38,262 nt of DNA from Pelomyxa schiedti. Its lineage: Eukaryota; Protista; Evosea. The stretch covers positions 1 through 38,262 of the forward strand of contig JAHLWZ010000957.1 in assembly GCA_020536535.1 (NCBI GenBank), given 5' to 3'. Under the pieces are notes generated by a model. That model was not told where the DNA came from, ran no database searches, and saw only the letters and a list, made by a program, of their open reading frames with translations. This document shows, piece after piece, positions 12,334 through 25,800 of this stretch. The translations under genes were made by a program, and so were the position numbers. Each line of letters starts with the position of its first letter. Position 1 is the stretch's first letter.

Positions 12334-15300
12334 ATGTTAAAAAAGGTACACAAGCGAAAGGTCGAACCGTTCTAAACATTCTTTTCTTCTTTTTCCTGCG
12401 TACAGAGTTTCACGCAACCTCGTGTCACCAGGGTATTTTTTTTCCATCGTTATTTTTTGTAGTTGTACTGAACCAAAGAAGGATTCAACACTTCGAGTGG
12501 ATAGTGCCAGAAGAAAGGCAAGAAGTCAAACTTGATTTGAATTAATCCCATAACTGGTTCCATTTTGTGACCTATGACAGGGCCCAGAACGACCACGTGG
12601 TCTCAAATGCAGTGCATTGACAAAATGTTCCAAGCACATCAAAAGATGGACTGAATCGTGGTTAGTTCTGAGATTCAGTGAACTGTGGTACTATAAACCA
12701 ATGCAGGTAGAAAAAAAAAAAAAAAGAAATCCCATTATCAACGAACTCACGTGCCATAGTATGCTGTCCCAAGACAGAAGTTCCCTTTGAGAGGTTGCAG
12801 TGTTGCTCAGGCAGATATGGAAGAGAGTACACATGACAACACTTTCAAGTTTTCATGTGGCTCTGAGGCTATTTTCTTTTCCACATCTGACAGGTCAAAA
12901 TGATCCAGTTCCACTGGATTCTGAGTGAAGACTATAGGGAAGAAATGGAATCCTGGATAACTGCTATTCGAGCTGTGGCAAGTCTGCATACTGGTCCAGT
13001 TGACGTGAAACCTCTCAAGACGTCTTCTGAATCAAATTTAAAGCAGGAATTGAGTGTGACCTTTTGTGGTCAATATGAACTCTAACAAAATTGTAGCAAA
13101 TGTTGTATCACTAGCAGATCACGTAATCTCTTTATTTTATGAACTCAATGACAGTACTTTATCTGATAAACCTCCCCTTTCTGTTGCTGGTAACAAAGAG
13201 AACGGTTTTCTTGTGGTCTCAGCTGTCTTAGAGGAAATTGGAAGTTTCGCGGTGGGACTTGCTAATGTAATACCTATTTTTGTATCTAAAAGATCATCAC
13301 AAAGTGTAAAACAACTTTGCTCTTTGCTTGTCCAAATTGCGGTATGCCTCTTGTTTTCGTACACTGCAGGTTCAATTTACTAGACCAGTATTTCTGAACT
13401 GCAAAAAACCTATTTTGAGCAAAACGAGGAGCTTGGATTGGAAGAATTACGTGTACAAATTAATATACTTTTCACAAATACTTCTGATCTAGTCTCCACA
13501 TGCGCTACTGGTTGCGATTCCGCCTACCACGAACATATGCAAGCAATATCTCTCATAGCATGCAAAGTATAACACGCTCACCTTTTTTCCCCCCTTTACA
13601 AGATGAATAAAGGTAATCACACTGCTAGCAGATTCCTCTATAAAAACAACTCCACTCAGTGCTGAGGTTATGAATAGTCAATGGCCAAAACTTTCTCAGC
13701 ACCTTAAAGTTATATCAGAGTTAGCATTAAAGGTTTTTATATACTTTTAATATGAGCTATTAAGAGCAAGAAAAAAGGTCGTTGACAAAACGGGAAATGA
13801 CCTACCAACATTTATTGTGCCCATTCTTTCTGCTCTTCACGACGACTTTCATTCAGCCACCACTCAGTCCATATCAGAAGGTGTAACAGTGTCAACTAAA
13901 GAAGCTGTTGACACAACCTCGAAAAGACTTACAGAGGGCTTTCTCAAAGTATACTTCTCCACTTCCTTACTTATCTAAACTTTACAATACCAGATTGTTG
14001 GACTCTGCAAAGCTGCCGACATACAAGCTATTCAAAGTCGCTCATTTACTGACAAGCTTCGGGTACTTGCCCAGAGACCAAAATGGCAATAACTGACAAG
14101 TTGTTCAAATGTAGCAAGCCAGTTCTTTGATAACTGACCTGGAACTTGTTCAAATAAACGAGATTTTTGAACTTGTTGAAACTTTAAAGTCGCTTGTTAA
14201 ACAGTTGGATCTTTTCCCAGAAGCCATTAAAGTAAGAAGGATCATTAATAATTATTATTAGACGTAACTCATTTTTCTTTCCTTAGTCACTTGACTTATC
14301 ATATTTTCGATCTCTAGGAGCCACAATGACAACTACGATTCAGTGCATTTCAAAATCAACTGAGGTCTGTTCCCCACTCCCCGAGAGAGTTTTCCCCAAC
14401 CTTTTCCCGATTGCAGCATCTAATCACTCTTGACATTGGTGCTGAAACTCAAGATACCCTTATAAAAGCAACTGATACAGCTACAAATGTGGGAAAATCT
14501 CTCTTCGCCACTATTGAGGTATATACAAAACTTGTTGAGAAATCTAATTATCTGTTAACAGGAAACATTGACAAATCAATTACGAAATCTCACGGGGGTG
14601 CTGCGTCTCTGTGGACTTGTAAACTCCTTGGCAGAAGCAATGTCCGCTTTGCTCCGGGTGAGTTTATGTGGAAAGATCTGCTACTTCCATTTGATTTGTG
14701 ACAAGTTTGCAGATTTGTCTTCAAATTACGCGCTCCATGAAGAGAAAGAACACAATATTTGACCCTCCCCCTCTTCCCAATCATTTGGTAGAACTTGGAG
14801 ATACACAGGCACCAGATTTGAAAAAAGATGTCGAAAGCGTTCAGTACCGTCCTTGTAATCATTGTCTTTTATCACAGTAATTGTGCCAAACAGAGAGGAA
14901 GTTGAAGAAGAACCCGATGTTAACATCTGGAATGAGCCAGCAGACAACCCAAACAATATCGTACTCGACGAAGAGAGAACTGTCAAATGCGCCAATTTAA
15001 ACAAGCTTGTGGAACGCCTTACTAAAGGCGAGAGCCATGGTTTGTTCAGTATCAATCCTTTGTTGTATATGACTTCATGAAAGACATTAACCTGCAAAAG
15101 ACTTTTATCACCACATATCGATCATTTACCACTCCTGAAATGTTTTTCAAGAAGCTATTGCAGAGGCAAGTGTCACTTTTGCCCAAAGCATTGGCTCATC
15201 CCCAATTCAGATTCAAGCTTGTTATACCGAGGCTTCCACCATCCGTTTCAGTTGATGAGTACATCAGACATACTGTTCTTCCAGTCCAACTCCGCATTAT

Positions 15301-16781
15301 CAACGTTCTCAGACAATGGGTCGAAATAAGGTAATAACCCTTTCATGTGCTCATCCACTGAGTTTTTAAACAGTTTTTTTGATATTTCCGATGATTTGGT
15401 GTCAAATTTGCGCAAATTCATTGAAACTGAAATGAGTGAGGCTCATCCAGGACCAGCAAAACAGCTCAGCAATCTTATTGACAAACAGGTTAATTGCCCG
15501 AGAATTCCTAAATGCTGAAGCAAAACTCTACAGATCAAAGAGCGTGATCTGGGTAAGGAACAAGCCCTTCAGACTGAACAACTTCTAGTTCCAGTCTCAG
15601 TTCCACAAACTGCCTCTACCCCAACCCCAGATTCCTCCGGCACTACAACTGAATTGTCTGTCAGCCCAAATCCAACACCAATACTTCCAATCAACGACAT
15701 TCCCCCACCTCCGTCTCCTCCCCCACTCGCCCCTCCATCATCTCCACCACCCATTCCTCCGCCTTTGCCTGGTAGCGCGCCAGTTCAGTCAATGCTACTA
15801 GCTTTCCCGCTTGAAGAACTTGCCCAACAGCTCACATATGCTGATTTTAAGCTCTATAGTGCTATACGAGTACTTGCACATCACATTACTTTTTTCATCT
15901 TCCAATCTAGTCAAACAGCCTGTGGAGCTGCTCAACCAGTCATGGAGCAAAAAAAATCTGAAGCATCTTGCCCCTCATGTTCTCGCCCTGAGTGCCCGCT
16001 TTAATGTAATTTCTAACTGGGTCTCTGCTGCAATACTTCTCCCGGAATCGCCTGAAGATCGAACTGCCGCTTGGATCAAGTTGATTTCTTTATGCGATGT
16101 ATTCCTCTTCACAATCAGGCCTTCCTTGATGAAAAAAAGGAACTCTTCCGGCTCAATAACTTCAACACTCTGCTGTCTGTTCTGTCGGGATTAAATTCTT
16201 CTGCAATCCATAGGATGAAACGCTCGAGTGCTTTGCTACCTCCTGCACTCATAGCAGTATAAAAAATCAAACCTCCTCTCTTATCCCAATTCCTCTCTTC
16301 ACAAATAGGCTCATGAAGCTAAAATGAAACTAATGAACACGACCCAGTCACACCACAATTACCGAGAAGCCCTCCATAACGTGAACCCACCTTGTCTTCC
16401 ATACCTGTGACGCTTCTGGTTCGATATTCTACAAAGCTAACTTCCTCAAGGGGTGTATACCTGACTGACCTCACTTTTATTGAAGATGGCAACAAAGATG
16501 TGGTTGAGGGCTTGATTAACTTCAGAAAACGCCAACTTGTGTACAACATTGTGCGTACTCTCCCCCTTGGATCTAAACCACGCCTGACCGAAAACAAAAC
16601 ACTTTTCCAGATATCGGAAATCCAGCTTTATCAACAAAAGCCATACGAATTCAAGCCCAATATGCAAATATTGAGGCTAATGCACAACATACCAATGGTC
16701 TCAGAGGCCGACATGTGGTCCCTCAGCCTCAAGCGAGAGCCCAGGGTTCAGTCCACAATCAACCCAGGAGGCTCTTCCTGA
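12334..16781 (+). CDS. Ras guanine-nucleotide exchange factor: PH domain - long helical region - REM (RasGEF_N) - proline-rich linker - CDC25 domain; >20 exons; start tentative
   Basis: PH: LTKCSKHIKRWTESWLVLRFSELWYYK...EEMESWITAIR. REM: VKCANLNKLVERLT...KTFITTYRSFTTPEMFFKKLLQR...LRIINVLRQWVE. CDC25: [66 protein letters not shown]. Stop at 16779-16781. Confidence 0.93.
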
Positions 16782-16881
16782 GTGACTACGTGGAAAAACC
16801 TGTGGATCTTTTGTGGCAAGGCAGACTTACAGAAAAAAAACAGAAGGAGAAAATAGAAAATTGTTTTTTTGTTCTATGTGC

Positions 16882-19800
16882 CTAGAACATGGCTCGCCTC
16901 TTTTTTGTAGTAACACTGTTCGCCACTGCTTTCTTAGGCATTTGACTTGCAGCAGTGGTGGTTTGGCTTGCTGCTTGCTCGTCCACTTTCTTTCTTACAG
17001 CCAGGAAGAGAGCTTGAATATGACAAACCTGCAAATCTTCAGGAAAAATACTTTGGATGGCGCTGATGTCCCCTGGATATTTGAACTGCGGCCAGACATG
17101 CAGAACTTTGATGAGATTTCTTAAGGGGAATTCTGTTGTGAATCTATCCCCAATAATGTATCGAAGAACAACTCTCCCAAGCACAAACAGAATGATATGT
17201 AGAGTAATGCCAAAGGAGGTGAGGTTCTTAAGGAACATGTCGATAATTTCCACAGGTGGTGTCTCACAGTATGCAGGTTTGAGGTTTTTTACTTCAATGG
17301 GTAAGATCACATCTTCCAATGTTTCATACAATGTCACAATGCAGCGTAGTGGTGTGTTGGTAATCTCTGGTTGAACACCTTTGAAACTTAGTGTATCGGA
17401 AGACAGCCATTGCTTTGCATAATCAACAAGTGTCATATCTCTTGAACCACCGGTTTTGCACACACTTGATACAATTATTTGCAGCAGGGAGAGTGCTTTG
17501 TTTGTGTCTGGTATCCGTCCTTGCAACACAGTCAAAATGGCAGTGTTTATAGGGTGTGACCATTCTTGTTTCACCTAATTTTGCTATGTGAGTGGAAAAA
17601 CGAAGAATGAAGGAACCTTGCTTGCAACTTCAAGGAGAACGTGTTCACTGGACAAAAAAAGTTCCATGAAATAAGGGAAAGGTTCGATCCTATCAGCTTT
17701 CAATAACACACTATCTTTTACAATGGCCTGTGCAAGCTTGGACTCTATTGTTAAAAGATCATAGTGCATTTCAGTTCCAAATCCATACTCAGGGTTAGAA
17801 GCAGCAAATGGCAAAACGGTTTCCCATATTTCAGATGAAACGGATATGAAGTGAGGTTGCTGAGCGTTCTGAATATGAATTTCATGTAGGAGTCTAAGGC
17901 CACCCTCCTGCTGTAACATCTTTACAGATTTACAGCCCCTCAGTGCTATTTTAAAGGATTCCTCCAGGAACTGATTTTGATATTGTGCAATAGTGCTCAA
18001 CATCCCTGAAAACCAAAATGAGGCTTTCAAAGAAGAGGTACAATTTACCTGCCAGAAATATACCCTGATCTTTCTCGTCGATGCAACAGAGTTCAAAAGA
18101 TTGCATTTCGGACATAGAAGGAATTTGTTCTTGAGCAAACTTTTGGGATTGATACTGAATCTCTGAAGTATTAGTTAATATTCAGTTATTACATAACAAA
18201 AATTAGACCAGGCAAAGACTTCTTAATCGTATTCCAGGAAAGGGAGAATTGAGGAAACAGTTCTTTTAGATGAGGTACTCCTCTAATGATATGGGAAACA
18301 GCATTTTTGGCATCAGATCGTTTTACGAGATGGCCGAAATATTTTTTTACTGTAGCCACCCAGTTACACAACACCTGTAAGTGAGAAATATACTCCAGTT
18401 TCTGAAAGGAATTGAAAAGCAAGTGCAGGAATGGAAAGTCCGATCTTGAGTGAGGAAGACAGACAACCCTCGCTTTAAGCAATTCGTAGGAACCCAGGAG
18501 TGTTATACGGTACAAACGAGGTAGGCTTCGTGGATCCGGCTTGTCTACTTCAGTGATCTCTCTTTCTACTGGAGAGCTTTTTGCAAGCAGCATTTTCAAT
18601 CCATCAACAGTAAAGCTATTCAGGTTGTTGCATATGTGAGAATCCACAAATTTCTGCCATTCTATTTCCCATTTCGAGCGATCGGATTCAGTACAGAGTT
18701 GATGTCTTTGAAAGGAGAGTTTGGTAATTTGTAACAGTGACTGAATCACAACTAGGAGCATGACATCCTCAGTACAGCCAAGTAAATGCATAAGTATTTG
18801 CCAGTCATTGTTTATGTGGCTGCGGAACAAAGATTTAGGCTGGATTGAACTCTCTGATAGTAGAAAGGTAGATGACACAATCAGATGAAGTAAACGGTAG
18901 GCTGGAGGGGAGAGCTCTCTTTGAGTCCAATTCCATGACGCATTAACTTCTTCCTTAATATAACCAGTAACACTTGGAACCAGTTGTGTGATTTGTTCTA
19001 ACGGGTAGTTTGTGCCCTGATCAGCGCTCATGATTAAAGTACTACAAGAGGGACAGATGGTACTTTCTATCACTTTACCAGCACAACCAAGGATGAAATT
19101 TGTTCCACATTGGCATCTGTAATGCTTTACAGAATGGAGGGAGTCGGTACTTGGGGGTGCTGAAAAACCAGCCAAAACAAACTGGTCAGCGAATACTCCC
19201 TGCCTGTAAGATCCAAAGGGTGTTAGCTTTAGGTTTGATGTAGCTATTAATATGTCCAGAAATACAAGGATTACGCTAATATGAATATCATGAAGAGAGG
19301 ACACAGGCTTCAGAGAAAAAGGTTCCCTATTCTTAAGGATTTCCAGCAAAAGTCTTTTGTGAGGAAATTGAGATGGACATGCTGTTTCCACCCAGGAGAT
19401 CAAGTATTCTTCACCTTGGTGTAAAGGTCGTTGACTGTATGTAAGAAATATACTGCCGGAAAAAGCACATAAAAGGGATTGAGCTTTTTCATTGGTAGTT
19501 GCAGAAGACATAAATTCGTGCAGGAAAAGTGTCCTTCGGTCTTTAACCACCTCAGCTATAAGTTGCTCTCCCTCAGAGGCAGTGACAAGGAGATCAAAGG
19601 GATTGTAAATCAACCGATAATGTCTTGGAGCCCAATGGACAGTCTGGAGCCAGCTTGGTACTGTACTTTGCTTACAGAATTCCTCAATTTCAGTAATTCC
19701 CATCCCTTGCTGGTGAAGCAACTTCAAAAAGAAGGTTTTAGAGGCAATGGACCTTGGGTGCTCCTGTTGCTCAAAAAAAGCAGCAAAAAGGTCAAAAACA

Positions 19801-22800
19801 GCAGAACAGGGCATTTGACCAGTTTTAATTCCAATTGCAAAAAGACGAAGTAATGCACGCATAAGGGCAACAGCAAAACAAGTTCGAATGGAAACTACTT
19901 CACTTGAAAGTACATCCATAGCTGGTAAAAATGCAACTTTGATCCATGAAGCAGCCTCTTCCTGAGCCAAATTCGGGATTTCCTCCAAGTAGTTACTCTC
20001 CAAAATGGAACACAATACAGCTTGGATATTGCTTTCTAAATCAGGTGGCACAGGATGAAAGACTTTCTCTACTTCTACAAGTGCAGCTGGGGTGGTGGCA
20101 CAGACTGTTGCAAAAATGGTGGAATCGGTTTCTTTGGAGTGTTCAATTATTTCATCCAGCAAAACAGAGCAATGGCACAAGGATAAAAGCGAAGATGGGC
20201 CTACTGTGCTTAGAGAAGAATGTATATTTGATAACACAGATGGCAAAGAGTGGTCAAAAGCAATTTCCAATTTCTGGAAGTGCAGATTTCCAAGAAATGA
20301 TTGTAATAAAAGACATACTTCCACACAATTTACTTGTTTGATGCTCACAACTGCTTGAATAATTTTATTAAAGAGAGTGTCTGAGGTAAAAAAATCTTCA
20401 CTATCTGTTAATAAACACAGTTCAAGAAACTGTGAAATAGGAACACCATAGGGAATGATGAGGGAAAAATCATTTAGCAAATGCAATATAGACAATTCAA
20501 CTGGAGTAGTGATGGCCCATCTCCTTATGGAAGTCAAGGAATATTCTCTCACTTTCGAAGCAAGAGCTGACCACGATTCAATACCACCAGTTATCAGTAG
20601 GTCACTTTCAGAACCAGGAATCAAAAGTTTAGATGCCCGGGAAATAAGACCAGAAACAAATTCAGCACCAGTATAGTTGCAGTTAACCAATTCTAACATC
20701 TTATCTATTGGTAGTATTTTTGTGAGACAAGAGGCAAGTTGAATCTGTGATCGTATGGCATCACCTTTCAACCACCACCAAAAATGCACTTCAAATGGAG
20801 GCATATCTCCAGCACTCTTCTCAATATTGGCTTCAAGAATTTGTATCTGTTGTTGAAAGGAAAGTGCAGAACCCACATGCTTAATTGAAAAAAAATCTCG
20901 AAGGTACAAAAGAGTGGCACTGGTTCCTTTGCACAAAATTGTGTTCACTGCCGGTGGCAGCACTTCTTGTACTATTGATGCAAGGTCTTCAATGGCTTTG
21001 TCTTTAGAGACTTCGTAACTAGTAAGCACAACATCTCTGAAAGATTCAATCTTGGTCATGATTATATTGAAAAAGGGGAAACTTGTGTTAAAGTTTGTTC
21101 CCAGCCCTTGCAGTAAGATTCCAGGTTGGGGAATTGGCACCCCAGGTATATTTAATGCCTCGGTTGAAAACATGTAATCACAAAGAACTTTTATCATCTG
21201 TCCTGTTTCTTCATTGCCAGAGAGAAGGTAAGGATACAAGGCGCCAACATTTTCGAGGGCAAATAATACTCTGGAGAGAGCGGAAATTGCTTCAGCTGTA
21301 AAGAAGTCGATTAATGCTAGAATCAAGGAACCGTGACGTAGAAGTTTTGTTTTACTGCACGCAATTGTTATCTGCCATTGGGGGCACTGGGAGGACTGTT
21401 GTAATATTTCTTTTGTTTTTGATTGCAGGAAGTTCAACAATGACGAAGTCTTAATCAGAGACACCATATTTGTGATTCTGCTTGAGTACTGTATATCACT
21501 TGGATAAAGAATATTCATAAAAGCCCGTTCTAGTATTAGGTCAATCCCAAATTGTTGGTTGTCAAGAAGTTCATCCAATGGCTTGCTCAATAGTTTCTCC
21601 ACCATTAGACCGGGAAATGGGAGGTTAAGTGATTCAACAGTTGAAACAGTCCATCCACTCAGATAATCAAATAACCACTTTGAAGAATCTGCTCTGTGTT
21701 CATGTTGATTGAGGTACACTACAACACACACATGCTTTGGAGTGCTTTGTTGTGTTGCATGTGATTGATCAATTGCAAGTCGTAGTAAATGCATATTGTC
21801 TACATCCATAGGTTCACTAGCATTGCACTGTATGACAAGTAGGTTGGCTTCAGATTCAAAAAAAACCTGAATTTTTTGGCGAAGTTCTCGCTCCGACTTA
21901 AATATTCCCAAAGTTTCCAAGTGGAAAGTCATTAAACCATTTAGCTCCAAGGCTATATCACAATTGATTGGACTAAATGTAAGAACCTCCAACTTACACC
22001 CTTTTGGTGAATTCTGAATGTGCCACTCTAGAGCACTCTTTAAATTTATGTGGCTCTGCTTTTTGAAGTAGAGGTCCTTGAGGGAGCTAAAATGGCTTGC
22101 ACCTTGGGACTTGACAGTGCGCATAACTCCAGAAGCTGTGGCAAGCTGAGTTAAAGAGGATTTTAGTGTATCCAAAATAGCTTGGTCTTCTCCGTGGATA
22201 GACAGAATTAATGAACACAGTACATCCCTGTTCCATCCTAAAAAAAGGTCTTCGACACTGAACTCTGGGTGCTGGGGAAGTTTAGAAATTTCTTTTGACC
22301 ATGTTATTAGTTCTTGTAAATGCCGCTTTTGTACTTCAGTGAGCACTTCTTCATATGTGAGAACCTGCTTCTCAAACCGGTTCAAAAATGGGGGATCTGA
22401 GAAAGGCAGAGTCTGTTCTTCTGTTAAAACAATGCACCTAAAGGAATCATGCACAAAGCACATGGGGTTTGAATGGGCACCAAGTGCGATTCGACAATTT
22501 TTTCTTTCTCCAACTACTGTATAAGACTGATTCAGCAAATCATAAAGGCTGCCATAGATAGGTTCCAGACCTTTCAAGATCAAATGCTCACCATTTTCCA
22601 TCGCCAATATAATTCTGCTTAGAATTCGATAATAGTAGTCTGCACACTGATCATGGGGAAACTTGCTTCCATAGAGAAATGTAGGAGAGCATACACTCTG
22701 TAAGATCATATTGATTGCACTTTCCCCTCTTGTTATTATTAGAAGGTGCCTGGCACAAGGGTCGTGAATATTTTGTCTAATGAGTTCCATAACAGCAATT

Positions 22801-25800
22801 TTACGAAAATGGTGCTGTTTGCTTGTCATAGTTTTACTGAGGAAACCTTGACAGATGCCTTCAAGTGTTCTTGGAATACCACCAAAATTGCGTTGAATTG
22901 CCCCATTAAGGTGATCATAAACTTCCATGTCTGATGCATTGCCCTTGAGTGTACGAGAAATACACTTTATAAGTGAATAAAAGTCTCTAAGGCCATGAAA
23001 ATTGGCAGGGCTCTGTTTTTTTACATGCTCATAATAAGCTTCAGATAAGCCTTTAAGCCAGTTTTCAATTGGTTTCTCGATTGGTGTGTTTGGACATAAC
23101 CCTTTCAGTATTTCTTTAGCTGTATTTAAGAGATCAGCTGGCTCAGGATCAGGACGAGTGAGATGCAATGCTCGGTTCATTTTCGCAGCATCCAGTGCCC
23201 AATTAGAGATACCAATCACTGCTACTTCAGGTATCTCCTTAGGAAATCCTGGCTCCAGAAGGCTGTGCAATACCTTGAGTGGATTGTGACGGGAAATTTC
23301 AGCAAGCCCAACTTCATCAAGGATGACAACTGGAAGTACACCTTTCTTTACAAACTGCTTTGCTTTTGTGAAAACTTTTTTAATACCCTCAGAAGTAGCT
23401 GACTCGGAACCTTGGAATGATATACTTATGACTTGGTCACATTTTTGAAACCATTTATCCCGAGAATCAGCTCCTCTTAGGTTCCTGTTAATCAATTGCA
23501 TGGAAAGAGATTTACTGCACCCAGGTTTGCCAACCAAAAATATTGGAATTTTGTTCAAAATGCATACCAAAAGAACAAATACATTCTCAAGAAGTGCTTC
23601 ATTTAACGCTGTTCCAGGAGGAAGTTCCATCCTCTTTAAGTAATCTTTCTGCTCTTTTCTAAGAATCTTCAAATATTCCTGCTCTCCATACCCTTTGTTG
23701 TACCCACAAGAGTGCAACACATGGCATGCCAGCTTACGAAACTGCTGTCGTAGAATTGGTGTTTCAAGTGCGGAGTGGTAGCAATGAGACAATGCAAGAA
23801 TAATGGCTTTTACAGAGGGGTGTACCTGTAGTTCTGGTTTGTGCCGACGGGAAGTTTGTTGCTGCCAGTTAGAAAGACCAATCCTTTTTTCTCTTAAGGG
23901 CCGAGAAAAGCTTGCCATAAACCAATGGAAAAGTCGTATGAAACGTCTTATATCTCGCAAACTTACACTCCAAGGTGTATGCACTTTTCTCAAAAAAGAT
24001 TGAGACCGTGACAGTAACTTGCTCACAGTCGACACGTACTCTGATGGAAACTGTGGCATATCTGGAACAGATTGTGATAACATACAGGAAATATAAGCTT
24101 TCTCATCCTCTTCCGAGAGGCACCCATAGTCAAACACATACTCCAGCATGGACTCAGGCAGTGGCAAGACGGAGTAAACGAGCCTTGTCTGATTGGGTGT
24201 AACCTGTACTTTGGTTGACAGTAAGCCACCAGCTGTTACCTCTGAGATACCGCATAGACGATAAGGATTGCAAGCAGCAAGGAAAGTGATATTGGAAGGA
24301 AGAGGAGATCCCAACAGTCGATGATGCACCACAACTTCCGACAGTACCCCAATATGTTCAGAGGTATTTATTTCATCAAAAAATGCCCAGCAGTCTTGTG
24401 TACTTCCTGTCTGAGCTGTGAGTTTGTTACACTTTTGTGTAACATCTCTAATGAAGTTAATGATTTCTTCTAACGATGTGCCAGCATGGCAATTCAGGGT
24501 TTCAAAAACAGGCAAGTCCAAAACACTTTTTAAGAATCTAATCAAGCTTGTTTTCCCACACCCAGTGTCTCCCATCAAAATCACAGGAACGTGGCAATGA
24601 ACCCGGGTTATTACCATTGCCATTTTTAATAAGTTGTCAGGGGTAATAGAGTATCCTTGAAGTACAGACTGGCAAGGGCTATTGTCTACTCTGCTTATTC
24701 TTTTCAGTTTTTCAATTAATTGAGGCTCTGATAGAGCTCGGTAGTCTTCTAATGTCTTACTTGGGCTCTGTGTTGTCAATAGTTTCTCAAAGGTCTTTGG
24801 CATATTTGTTTTGTAGAGAGCAGTAATCGACTGTGCATCAACAGAATGAAATATAACCATGAAAAAATCCAAATTCTCCCAGCTTTGAGTGTGAGAATTG
24901 AATAGCTGAACCAGTCGTTCTTCAGGTACATGTGATAAGCTTCTTTTTACCTCTTGTTGTTGAAGATTTCCAATGCCACTAGTTGCAAATTTTGATGCAA
25001 CTTGACATAAAACATCAACTAAGAGTGACCTAGTGTTTGGGTCAGCCCCCATGGCCTGGAGATTTTCAACTCGGAAAAACTGACTGAGTGACATCTTCCT
25101 CAGTTGATCAGAAAAGATTCTGAGGAAGGTGAATAAAAGGAAAAATGATGGTGGCCAGTCTATCCTTGACAAGAAGAATTGATTGAGGAGCACCTTACAT
25201 CGAGCATCTGGGATTACTAAAGCATTTGAAGCATTCAAGTCTTCACCAAAGGAAATTTCTTGAGTATCAATGAGGTGTTTGTCTTGTGAGTCAAGATAAT
25301 TGCAGACCACTTGAATGGGGTGCTTTATATTGTGGTTCACAATAAGGTTATCTAGTGACCATGTCAACCTTTCTTCTTTAAATAAACTTCCCAAGTAGAA
25401 CTGGTTTATAAGCTGACTTTCTGCTGTGTTGGCAATTTCAATAAATATCATTCTTTCAGAAGGAATATGGTAAACACGCTTTGCCCCACTAGAGATTGAA
25501 CCAAGAACAATTAACTCAAATAGAATGGTACTCAGTAATTCAGGGTCATTTACCATCCCAATATTTAAGTGCAAGGCTTCAAATTTGCTAAGCTTAGCAC
25601 TTCTCAAACTAGACAATATACTGCCTCTTTCAACTGGACCACTGATATCCACAGTACACACCCCCTTTCCCATTTCAAAGCACTTCTGGAAAATCATTTC
25701 AGTTTTTCCAAGACCCGCGCTGGTTGAGGATACAATTGTTACACTTGGAAACATATTTGTCAGGAGCGTGTGTAATTGTGGTGTTGGCATTCCAGCAATA

